Below, piece after piece: positions 52,516 through 61,502 of a stretch of 64,000 nt of DNA (positions are counted from its first letter, which is position 1; every line of letters starts with the position of its first letter). The position numbers and the translations under genes were made by a program. The stretch comes from Bacteroidales bacterium (GTDB lineage Bacteria > Bacteroidota > Bacteroidia > Bacteroidales > VadinHA17), in assembly GCA_034002885.1 (NCBI GenBank), contig JAVEZS010000007.1, positions 28,228 through 92,227 on the forward strand, given 5' to 3'. The notes beneath the pieces are model-generated. The model saw nothing but the letters and a program-made list of their open reading frames with translations, was not told where the DNA came from and ran no database searches.

Positions 52516-54318
52516 TCAGCGGTTCTGTGCCAGTCTTCCGTTGCTCAGGTCGATCTGCCGCTGCGGTATGGGAAAAGTAACGTCTTCCGGCCCGACAATA
52601 GCATTATAATACAGATATAAGCCCCATGGCATGGTTTTTTCGTAGTCAAGGGCCCTGTTTAGTTCTGTAACCGTTATTCCCCACCTGTTCAGGTCGAACC
52701 ATCTGTGACCCTCCTGTCCGAGTTCCAGTTTCCTCTCCATGTAAAGGGCCTTTAATGCATATTCCTTGTCTGGAAAAGAAGGATATGTTGAAATGTCGTA
52801 GTTGGCTGCCCAGGTAATTCCGTCAGCTTCCTTTACAAAGCCGTCAGGGTTTGCTGCTCTTGCCCTTACATGGTTAATATTTTCAGCGGCGCCTGAGAGA
52901 TCACCAGTTTCAATCTGGCATTCAGCCAGAAGAAGAAGGACATCTGCATAACGGATCATTCTGTACCCGTTTGCGGTAAAACCTGATGTCCAGTTACCTG
53001 CTTCGGTATAGATCCCTTCCTGCGACTTAAGGTACACCTGCTTTTTGGGGCTGTAAGGACCTGCATAACTTTGATCGCGCATCCAGTCGGCTCCGGTATG
53101 TTCACCCCAGTCCCAGTAAGGGATTCCCCTTCTTCCGACACTCCAGTCAAGCCGCGGATCGAGGGTGCCCTGATCTTCGGTAAAAGGATCCGCGGATCTC
53201 AGTCCCTGATCATTTTTTACTGGATTCTCATTGTAGGAGTAATCCAGCAGGGGTAACCCTCCGGATGTCCTGAAGGAATTAACAAACTCCTGCGTTGGCT
53301 GGAAAAAACCGCAGCAGCCGGCTGGAGAGTTCCCGGTTTTGTAGGGAAAATTAAGCACTTCACCATAGCCTCCGTTAAGTCCTCCCGAACCGTCGTTCAC
53401 GGATGTCTGAACCGTATAAACGGCTTCCTGGCAATTTCGGTTTTCAATATTGAAGATCTCACCATAAGTGGTGGCAAGACCTACAGGTTCTCCGGCCGGG
53501 TTTGTTCCTTCTAAAGCACTTTTTAAAATAAGAAGAGCTTTTGGATAATCGTGATTCATTTGCATCAGGGCTCTGGCGAGCAGAACCTCTGAAACTGTCC
53601 TGTTAAACTTACCTATGGCTCCCATATCATCCGGCAGTAAGGTCCCCTCAGTCAGGTCATCTATTATCTTCTGGCGCACATCTTCCTTGTTTGTCGCATT
53701 ATATAAAATTATATTTTCATCAACATAGGGTATCTTCTGCCACATCCTCCAGGCCTCAAAATGATACCATCCCCTTAGTGCACGCGCCTGTTGGATGAAC
53801 AACACTGACTGTGCGGCTGTTATTGATCCGTCCTTTTCAGCCTGATGAACGACCCTTATAACACCGTTGCATCTTGCAACAGCTTCATATACTTCGATCC
53901 ATTTCATGTTGAGATAATAGGATGAATAACCAGGCCAGGCATCCTCAGAAAAGTTCTGGATTAACAAAATATCATAATTTGAGTCACCGGCATCCGATCC
54001 CTTGTTGGCTTCCATTCCCCTTACCGAGCCATAAAGCCAGTTTGAGGATGCGGATTCCCATCCTCCGGCATTCGCTGAAACACCATCCAGCATAGAGTAG
54101 GCCCCTATCAGAAGTGCTTCAATACCTCTTTCATTGGCGAGAGTATTTTCGTTAAGGCTGCCGGCAGGCTTCACTTCCAGAAAATCATCACTGCATGATA
54201 CACAAGTAAAGATAAGCAACAATAGACAGTAGCATTTGACCAAACAATAAAAACCTGTATTCCAATTTTTTCGTATTACTCGCGGGAAAATTGCTGGTGG
54301 ACAGTACAGACTCTTCAT
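52516..54318 (-). CDS. SusD/RagB family lipoprotein (orphan)
   Basis: VSCSDDFL lipobox; ARALRGWYHF, RYADVLLLLAE, ERKLELGQEGHRWFDLNRWG, FPIPQ. True start uncertain, possibly downstream. Confidence 0.9.
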   Translation of the reverse strand: MKSLYCPPAIFPRVIRKNWNTGFYCLVKCYCLLLLIFTCVSCSDDFLEVKPAGSLNENTLANERGIEALLIGAYSMLDGVSANAGGWESASSNWLYGSVRGMEANKGSDAGDSNYDILLIQNFSEDAWPGYSSYYLNMKWIEVYEAVARCNGVIRVVHQAEKDGSITAAQSVLFIQQARALRGWYHFEAWRMWQKIPYVDENIILYNATNKEDVRQKIIDDLTEGTLLPDDMGAIGKFNRTVSEVLLARALMQMNHDYPKALLILKSALEGTNPAGEPVGLATTYGEIFNIENRNCQEAVYTVQTSVNDGSGGLNGGYGEVLNFPYKTGNSPAGCCGFFQPTQEFVNSFRTSGGLPLLDYSYNENPVKNDQGLRSADPFTEDQGTLDPRLDWSVGRRGIPYWDWGEHTGADWMRDQSYAGPYSPKKQVYLKSQEGIYTEAGNWTSGFTANGYRMIRYADVLLLLAECQIETGDLSGAAENINHVRARAANPDGFVKEADGITWAANYDISTYPSFPDKEYALKALYMERKLELGQEGHRWFDLNRWGITVTELNRALDYEKTMPWGLYLYYNAIVGPEDVTFPIPQRQIDLSNGRLAQNR

Positions 54319-54440
54319 TTTACTTAAATAATGATAAAGTTATGTGAAAATTCACAATACTCATATGGATCTTCTGCCAAACTGATAATATTATTTACCC
54401 CTGTTAAACTTTGATGGAAGCACAGTACGGTTTTATACAA

Positions 54441-54456
54441 TATGTTGTATAACATT
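54441..54456. promoter_or_regulatory. Palindrome resembling the Cur (BT4338, Crp-like) site
   Basis: TATGTTGTATAACATT versus recalled consensus TATGTTnTAnAACATA; one mismatch. Confidence 0.55.
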
Positions 54457-54535
54457 ACAAGTTGAGGTTTATACCTTTCATTATATGCAGATTAAAAAAA
54501 AAAGACAGAAGTTGCGTTATATTAAAACAAATGAA

Positions 54536-54543
54536 TAAATTTG
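54536..54543 (+). promoter_or_regulatory. -7 element (TAAATTTG) of the susC promoter
   Basis: TAnnTTTG match with GTTG (-33-like) 21 nt upstream. Confidence 0.6.
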
Positions 54544-54708
54544 TTTACCCTACTAACCCAAAACCTATTTATGCCTATGGAAAATACGGAATAATCCTTT
54601 AAACGTGTTTCAGAAGGGAGTCCAAATCTCCCGTGATTTAAATTTTCTAAGTCCGAAAACTTAGTAATCTCAATTTTTTATTATTCTAATCTAACTAACT
54701 TAAAAAGT

Positions 54709-57700
54709 ATGACGAAAAAAATCATGCATGTAGTTTCACTATTTGCAGTCAGTTCAAGGACTGCGGTGAGGCTTCTGATTGTGCTGCTGTTGCTGGGAAC
54801 AGTTCCGACATATGCGTTCAGCGTGCCGGATCCGGGCGACATGCAACAGAAGAGAGTTACAGGACGGGTTACTGATCAGACAGGAGCAGCCCTTCCCGGT
54901 GTTAACATTCTCGAAAAAGGTACCATCAACGGTGCCATTAGTGATGCTGACGGAAGGTATGCCCTTACAGTTGCATCCCCGAATTCAGTTCTGAACTTTT
55001 CGTTTATTGGCTACAATACACGGGAAGTAACCGTAGGAGCGCAGACAACGATAGATGTCGTTCTTACCGAAGCTGTTTCAGCACTTGATGAGATCGTTGT
55101 TGTAGGTTACTCTACCCAGACAAGGAAATCCCTTACGGGATCTGTTGCCCAGGTTGATGCAGCCGACCTTGCAGAGAGTGCAGCCACCAACCCGATAACA
55201 CGTCTTCAGGGAAAGGTTGCAGGGGTCACAATCCTCAACCAGCACACACCCGGTGAAGGATCTACAATCAGGATCAGGGGTATGACGACCATCAACGACG
55301 CCAGCCCGCTGTACGTTGTCGACGGTGTTCCCGGAGGTTCATACTCGCCAAACGACGTTGAAACAATAACAATTCTGAAGGATGCAGCCGCACAGTCGAT
55401 CTATGGTGCAAGGGCAGCCAATGGCGTTGTTCTTATAACAACAAAGGGTGGAAGGAAAAACCAGAAGATCTCCATGAATGTAAATGTAAGGCAGGGTATC
55501 ACAACACCAGGAAAAGGTTACGATCTGCTCAATACCCAGGAATGGGCTGAAATGCTCTGGCTTGAAGCTTCGAACGCAGGAATCGCAGGTTACAAGCATG
55601 CTCAGTTCGGAAGCGGTTCATCACCTGTAATTCCCGATTATCTTTATCCGACAGCAGCATCAGCAGGTGATGCTGGTACCAGCATGGATCTATATGACAA
55701 CAAACTGGCTGTTGAAGACGGAGACGACACATATCTCATAACCAGGACCAGTCCCGGAACCGACTGGTACAAGGAATCATCAAGAAATGCAGCCTATAAG
55801 GAATACACCCTCGACATAGCAGGAGGTTCGGAAAATACAACCTATGCTTTCCTTCTGGGCTATACCGAAGATGAGGGGATTTTCAAATGGACCGGTTTTG
55901 ACAGGTATAGTTTCCGTGCCAATGTTTCTACATCACCGGCTAAATGGGTTGATCTCGGTACGAATATCGGCGTTATTTATTCAAACGACTACGGATATCA
56001 GGGCGACAACTCCGAATCTTCAATTGTGTCATGGTGTTACAGGCTTCCCACAGCGGTGCCGGTATTTGACGAATCAGGAACAACCTATGCAGGATCAAGG
56101 CCCTCAAACATGGGTAATGCCCAGAATCCTGTTTTCCTCCTTGACAAGAACCAGTTCGACTACACCAGGCAGATGAATGTCAGTGGTAACGCTTTCATCA
56201 AATTCAACATCCTGAAGAACCTTTCTGTAAAATCCCTCATTGGTATAAACCAGTATGGCAGGCGCGACAGGGATATCGGCTATGTTGAAGTTGCCGCTGC
56301 TGAAAGGGGCACATATGACAGCTTTGGGATCAACTCAAGATTCGGATTGAACTGGACATGGACAAATACGATTGAGTATGGTTACACAACAGGTCAGCAT
56401 AACTTCAAGGCAATAGCCGGTGCAGAGGCTTATGATGATGATTACTGGAGAATGAATGCCAGCAGGGCTCAGTATCCCTTCAAGGATGTCAACTACCTTT
56501 CATTAAACACAGGTCTCAGGAGTATTGCCAACTCTGATGAATATTCCCAGTACAGTCTCTTCTCTCTTTTCGGCCGTATCAACTACACATTCGCCGACAA
56601 GTACATGGTTGAGGCAGTTCTGAGGCGCGACGGTTCATCAAGGTTCGGAAATACCAAGTATGGTGTATTCCCGGCCGCATCTGTAGGTTGGAGGATATCT
56701 GAAGAAGATTTTATGGCATCGACGAAATCATGGCTCGATGACCTCAAACTCCGTGTCGGCTATGGTGTTGTCGGTAACGACCGTATGGGCAACTATAACC
56801 CATATACCCAGTTCGCATACAGCGAAGGTAACGCCAGCTATGGAATGTCAGGAACCAACGGCGCTTTAAGCGGAACAGGCTTCAGTCAGACAACCTTCGG
56901 TAATGCTGATGTAAAATGGGAAACAACTTCCACCACCAACATCGGTATCGATGCTACCCTTATCAAGCATCTCACAATGTCATTTGACGTATGGCAGCGC
57001 ACAACAAAGGATATGCTCTATCCGAAACAGCTTCCTCTTGTACTCGGAACCGCTACCAGGCCTTCAATCAACATTGGTGAAATGAAGAACACCGGTATCG
57101 ACCTTACTGTCGGATACGCAAACAGCGCACTGAACGGTGACTTTACCTATAGCGCAGACTTCGTTATCTCACATTACAAGAATGAGCTGACGAAACTCAC
57201 CGACGTTGCCACCGACTTCTATCAGGGCTCAGGATATCGCGAGAAATACTACACCAGAACCCAGACAGGTCATGCATTCCCTGAATTCTTTGGTTATATA
57301 GTCGATGGTATCTTCCAGTCAAATGAAGAAGCTGCTGCAGCTCCTAAAGCTTTTGGCGAAAACGGTACCTATAACAAAGCCGGTCACTTCAAGTACAGGG
57401 ATGTTGACGGGAACGGATACATCGATGCAGGCGACCGCACATACATCGGCTCACCTCATCCTGATTTCACAGCTGGTCTCAGTTTCAACCTTGGTTACAA
57501 GGGTATCAGTCTTATGACAACACTCTATGCCTCGGTTGGCAACGAAATAGTTAACTATGTATCGAGGTTTATCGACTATACACAGTTCGAATCCGGGAAG
57601 AGTCACAGAAGGCTGTATGAATCATGGGGAAGTCCTTATCTTGATAATGATGCTGATGCAACAATGCCTATCATTTATCAGAATGATACTCCTCACCAGG

Positions 57701-57957
57701 AGCCTTCCACAGCTTTCCTCGAAGATGGTACCTTCCTGCGTATGAAAACACTGAGAATCGGTTATGATGTAAACAGGCTTCTGAAGAATAAATTCAGCTC
57801 GCTTCAGGTTTACTTCCAGGGTTCCAACCTGTTTACCCTCACCGATTATCCGGGTCTTGATCCGGAAATCTCGGGCGCCGGTATCAATATGGGAATAGAT
57901 TCAGGTGCATGGCCAACAAGTAAGCAGTTCATATTCGGAATTACTTTCGGCCTGTAA
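54709..57957 (+). CDS. SusC/RagA TonB-dependent transporter
   Basis: LPGVNILEKGT, LDEIVVVGY, LKDAAAQSIYGARAANGVVLITTK, RRDGSSRFG, KWET. Confidence 0.96.
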   Translation: MTKKIMHVVSLFAVSSRTAVRLLIVLLLLGTVPTYAFSVPDPGDMQQKRVTGRVTDQTGAALPGVNILEKGTINGAISDADGRYALTVASPNSVLNFSFIGYNTREVTVGAQTTIDVVLTEAVSALDEIVVVGYSTQTRKSLTGSVAQVDAADLAESAATNPITRLQGKVAGVTILNQHTPGEGSTIRIRGMTTINDASPLYVVDGVPGGSYSPNDVETITILKDAAAQSIYGARAANGVVLITTKGGRKNQKISMNVNVRQGITTPGKGYDLLNTQEWAEMLWLEASNAGIAGYKHAQFGSGSSPVIPDYLYPTAASAGDAGTSMDLYDNKLAVEDGDDTYLITRTSPGTDWYKESSRNAAYKEYTLDIAGGSENTTYAFLLGYTEDEGIFKWTGFDRYSFRANVSTSPAKWVDLGTNIGVIYSNDYGYQGDNSESSIVSWCYRLPTAVPVFDESGTTYAGSRPSNMGNAQNPVFLLDKNQFDYTRQMNVSGNAFIKFNILKNLSVKSLIGINQYGRRDRDIGYVEVAAAERGTYDSFGINSRFGLNWTWTNTIEYGYTTGQHNFKAIAGAEAYDDDYWRMNASRAQYPFKDVNYLSLNTGLRSIANSDEYSQYSLFSLFGRINYTFADKYMVEAVLRRDGSSRFGNTKYGVFPAASVGWRISEEDFMASTKSWLDDLKLRVGYGVVGNDRMGNYNPYTQFAYSEGNASYGMSGTNGALSGTGFSQTTFGNADVKWETTSTTNIGIDATLIKHLTMSFDVWQRTTKDMLYPKQLPLVLGTATRPSINIGEMKNTGIDLTVGYANSALNGDFTYSADFVISHYKNELTKLTDVATDFYQGSGYREKYYTRTQTGHAFPEFFGYIVDGIFQSNEEAAAAPKAFGENGTYNKAGHFKYRDVDGNGYIDAGDRTYIGSPHPDFTAGLSFNLGYKGISLMTTLYASVGNEIVNYVSRFIDYTQFESGKSHRRLYESWGSPYLDNDADATMPIIYQNDTPHQEPSTAFLEDGTFLRMKTLRIGYDVNRLLKNKFSSLQVYFQGSNLFTLTDYPGLDPEISGAGINMGIDSGAWPTSKQFIFGITFGL

Positions 57958-57985
57958 TGTTTTATTTTATGAATAATTAACATAA

Positions 57986-59770
57986 ATGAATATGAAAAGA
58001 ACGATCAAATTATTATCCATTGCAGTACTTTTCGGCAGTTTGCTGATGAACTATTCGTGCAGTGACGATTTCCTCACTAAGGAGCCTCCGGGGGTAGCTG
58101 CAGGTACTGTAATCCAGACCACGGAAGGTGTCGAAGCACTTCTCATCGGCGTGTATGAAAGGATGCAGAATGGCAACCAGTCGATGTTTGGTGCAGCCAT
58201 GACAAGCGACTGGACCTATGCTGGCGGATGTTCCGACGACGCTTATAAGGGTACCTCTGCAGGTGACCAGAGTAACTTTAACCTGCTCGAGAGGTATGAA
58301 GCCCTCCCGAACAATCCCTACATGGAGAACAGGTGGAATGCCTGCTACGACGGTGTAGCAAGGGCAAACGTCTGTCTGGAATTCCTTGCTACAACTCAGG
58401 CCGGCCCAACCCCTATTGACCCCGCAAGGGCCAAGCAGATAGAGGCCGAAGCGAAATTCCTGAGGGCATGGTTCCACTTCCAGGCAAACAAGATTTTCGA
58501 AAATATCCCTTATATCAAAACCCAGGCTGAACTTGGTGAACTGGCCCCTCAGGACGTTCCCAACACAGATCCGGGATGGGATGGGATAGAAACAGACCTT
58601 CAGTTTGCAATCGAAAACCTGCCTGAAACCAAGTACAATAACGAGCCTGGACGTGCTACCAAATATGCTGCACAGGCTTATCTTGCACAGGCACATATGT
58701 ATCAGAATGACCTGCCTTCTGCAAAACCGCTTCTCGATGCGATTATCAGCAGCGGAAAATTCAGTCTTGCTCCGGAGTATGAATATAATTTCGACATGAC
58801 ACACGAAAACAATGTTGAATCGATTTTCGAACTTCAGTGCAGTACAACAGCAACAGCAACATGCGCCGTAAACGGATCCGGCTGTAACTTCCACCAGAAC
58901 GGCCCTGCCAGCTGCGGTGGCTGGGGCTTCTATCAGCCTTCAAGGAATCTTTTCGACGCCTTCCAGGTCGATGAGGAGGGACTGCCTGTACTTGATCCGG
59001 CAGACCGCGTACACCTTGATACCGACATGGGTATAAGAAGCTCGGACCCATTTACACCTACAACTGCTCCTCTTGATCCACGTGTAGATTTCATTGTTGC
59101 ACGCCGTGGCGTCGACTTTCTTGGCTGGGGCATACACCCCGGAAATGACTGGATCCGTGAACAGAACAATGGCGGTCCGATGATGACCAAGATATTCATG
59201 CACAAGAAATCTGAACAGTCTTTAAATCTTAATGGTTCAGGATTCTACAACGGGAAAAACTTCAGGACAATGCGTTATGCAAGCATCCTTCTCTGGAGAG
59301 CTGAAGTTGCTGTAGCCGAAGGTGACCTTGACATGGCACGAGATCTCGTAAACCAGATCCGTACCCGTGCAATGAACAGCACTCCTGTCAAGGGTTTCTG
59401 CAGCAGTGATGTTGTCGGAGCCAATCCCGTTGTTGACTGGGATGCACCGGCAGCAAACTACCTCATTAATCCTTATCCTGAAACTGCAGGAGCATATCCC
59501 TTCGACAATGCTGAAAATGCCCTCAAGGCCATCCAGGAAGAAACAAGACTAGAATTTGCATGCCAGAATCACAGATACTTCGACCTCAGGCGCTGGGGAA
59601 TCATTGCTGAAACCCTTAATGCATACATAGCCGATGACATTACTTTCAGGTCATTCCTTACCACAGGAGGGACAGCTGTGTTTAACGCTGAAGAGGACGA
59701 CTACTGGCCAATTCCTCAGAGCCAGATGGACCTTCAGAAAGGTGTTCTGACTCAGGACTCATCGTATTAA
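57986..59770 (+). CDS. SusD/RagB family lipoprotein
   Basis: YSCSDDFL lipobox; EAKFLRAWFHF, RYASILLW, HRYFDLRRWG, WPIPQ; follows susC. Confidence 0.95.
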   Translation: MNMKRTIKLLSIAVLFGSLLMNYSCSDDFLTKEPPGVAAGTVIQTTEGVEALLIGVYERMQNGNQSMFGAAMTSDWTYAGGCSDDAYKGTSAGDQSNFNLLERYEALPNNPYMENRWNACYDGVARANVCLEFLATTQAGPTPIDPARAKQIEAEAKFLRAWFHFQANKIFENIPYIKTQAELGELAPQDVPNTDPGWDGIETDLQFAIENLPETKYNNEPGRATKYAAQAYLAQAHMYQNDLPSAKPLLDAIISSGKFSLAPEYEYNFDMTHENNVESIFELQCSTTATATCAVNGSGCNFHQNGPASCGGWGFYQPSRNLFDAFQVDEEGLPVLDPADRVHLDTDMGIRSSDPFTPTTAPLDPRVDFIVARRGVDFLGWGIHPGNDWIREQNNGGPMMTKIFMHKKSEQSLNLNGSGFYNGKNFRTMRYASILLWRAEVAVAEGDLDMARDLVNQIRTRAMNSTPVKGFCSSDVVGANPVVDWDAPAANYLINPYPETAGAYPFDNAENALKAIQEETRLEFACQNHRYFDLRRWGIIAETLNAYIADDITFRSFLTTGGTAVFNAEEDDYWPIPQSQMDLQKGVLTQDSSY

Positions 59771-59802
59771 TTCTAACATTCATAAACTAACATTATGAAC
59801 CG

Positions 59803-59836
59803 GCAGGGGTGCAAAAATTGCATCCCTGCTTTTTTT
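59803..59836 (+). terminator. Intrinsic terminator after susD
   Basis: GCAGGGGTGCAA/TTGCATCCCTGC stem plus T7. Confidence 0.85.
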
Positions 59837-59863
59837 GATATAACCCTAACAAACGATTGAATA

Positions 59864-60024
59864 ACTCTGGTTGCTGACTGCTGGCTGCGAGCTTCCAGTT
59901 AAATAATTGACTAATAAAGGAATATAAATATTCAAAAATCAATCTAATACTATTTTTAATTTAATAATGCAACCAGCACCAAGCACCAGGCAACCAGCAG
60001 CAAGAACCTATCACCAGGCAGCTA
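59864..60024. repeat. Opposed degenerate heptamer arrays flanking an AT-rich core
   Basis: TTGCTGA/CTGCTGG units at 59864-59891; 8 x GCAACCA/GCACCAG-like units at 59969-60024. Confidence 0.7.
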
Positions 60025-60150
60025 CCCCCAAACAATTCTACACCCATGTTATCATATATTAAATTTCGTTAAATAAACATAAGACGAAATATACCAGGAT
60101 GATTTATAGTCTAATTTTACGAACCTTAAAAAAGGACCATCCCTGCTTTA

Positions 60151-61500
60151 ATGAGACATACGACAACCATCCTAGTTCTTCTTTCGCTTACGCTATCCAC
60201 TACCACCACAGCCCAGCAATCACCAGTTTTTGCTCATGTTCCCGGATTTGAGAACCGGATCCGAAGGTATGTCGACTCGCTGAGGATCATCGACACCCAT
60301 GAACATCTCATCGGACCCGAAATTCTGCGAAAAAGCTACTTCCTCGACTTTACACTACTCTTCATGCAAAATGGCTATGACGATCTGATCTCGGCCGGAA
60401 TGCCTGATACACTCTTTGATGATGTTTTCAACGAGCCTCTTTCCCCCATCGAAAAATGGAGAATTATTGAACCATACTGGAAAAAATCATTCAACACCTC
60501 CTTCAACAGGATGATAATATACAGTATAAGAAACCTATACGGGATCGAAGAGCTTAATGAATCCACTGTGGGTCCTTTGTCTGAAAAGATAAAAAACGCA
60601 TATGAAACCGGCTGGTTCGATAACATATTAAGGGATTCGTGCAAAATCGATTACATTATCGAGGACGGCAATTACATTACCGGAAAGGATGAATATTTCA
60701 GGTATGTAAAAAGATTTGACGACTGGCTCTTATTGAGATCAAGGTTTGGAATTGACTCGCTCGCGATCAAACAGCTCGATCCCATTTATACTCTCGACGA
60801 CCTCGTAGAATCGCTTACGCTGGCTTTTGAAAATGAGGTAAACAAAGGGATGAAGGCGGTTAAGGTCTTTTGTGCATATTACAGACCACTGTTTTTTGCG
60901 AGAACCAGTGCTGAGTCTGCTAAAAAGGTTTTCAGAAATCTTGTGAACGGGGAAGGAGACTACAGAATAACAATGGCCGAGGCAAAATCCCTTCAGGATT
61001 ACCTCTTTCACCATCTCATGCAACTGGCGGAAAAATATGATCTCCCTGTGGCAGTTCATACCGGACTGCAGGCCGGAAAAGGTAAGGTGTTGGGTGATTC
61101 AGACCCGACCCTCCTCACGAATCTTTTCAGAGAATATCCGAAAGTTGAATTTGTCTTATATCACGGAAGTTACCCATACGGGGGAGAGCTTTCGGCTCTT
61201 GCAAAGAATTACAGTAATGTGTATATTGATATGAACTGGATTTATTCGGTTTCCCCGACCTACAGTAAAATATACCTCAACGAATGGCTTGAAATGGTTC
61301 CGGTAAGCAGGCTGATGGCTTTCGGAGGCGACTGCAATACAGCAGAAAATGTTTACAGCGAGCTTCAGACAGCAAGAAGGATCATTACTGAGGTTCTTTC
61401 TGATAAGGTTGAAGAAGGCTATATAAATGAATCTGAGGCAAAGCTGATAGCCAGAATGATACTTCGCGAAAATGCGGTAAAATTATATAAGCTCAACTGA
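60151..61500 (+). CDS. Secreted amidohydrolase-superfamily metalloenzyme
   Basis: Signal peptide ending TTA-Q; IIDTHEH, VAVHTG, LYHGSYPY, AFGGD, ENAVKLY. Confidence 0.85.
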   Translation: MRHTTTILVLLSLTLSTTTTAQQSPVFAHVPGFENRIRRYVDSLRIIDTHEHLIGPEILRKSYFLDFTLLFMQNGYDDLISAGMPDTLFDDVFNEPLSPIEKWRIIEPYWKKSFNTSFNRMIIYSIRNLYGIEELNESTVGPLSEKIKNAYETGWFDNILRDSCKIDYIIEDGNYITGKDEYFRYVKRFDDWLLLRSRFGIDSLAIKQLDPIYTLDDLVESLTLAFENEVNKGMKAVKVFCAYYRPLFFARTSAESAKKVFRNLVNGEGDYRITMAEAKSLQDYLFHHLMQLAEKYDLPVAVHTGLQAGKGKVLGDSDPTLLTNLFREYPKVEFVLYHGSYPYGGELSALAKNYSNVYIDMNWIYSVSPTYSKIYLNEWLEMVPVSRLMAFGGDCNTAENVYSELQTARRIITEVLSDKVEEGYINESEAKLIARMILRENAVKLYKLN

Positions 61501-61502
61501 AT

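Noticed and set aside
51813..54318. Orphan SusD plus thiN as a thiamine-uptake unit
   Set aside because: No TPP riboswitch seen, and thiN has its own -7-like element near 52463-52470; adjacency alone is insufficient.
58013..58894. 293-aa antisense ORF within susD, and many similar shadow ORFs in the track
   Set aside because: Opposite well-supported genes, no motifs; explained by codon bias.
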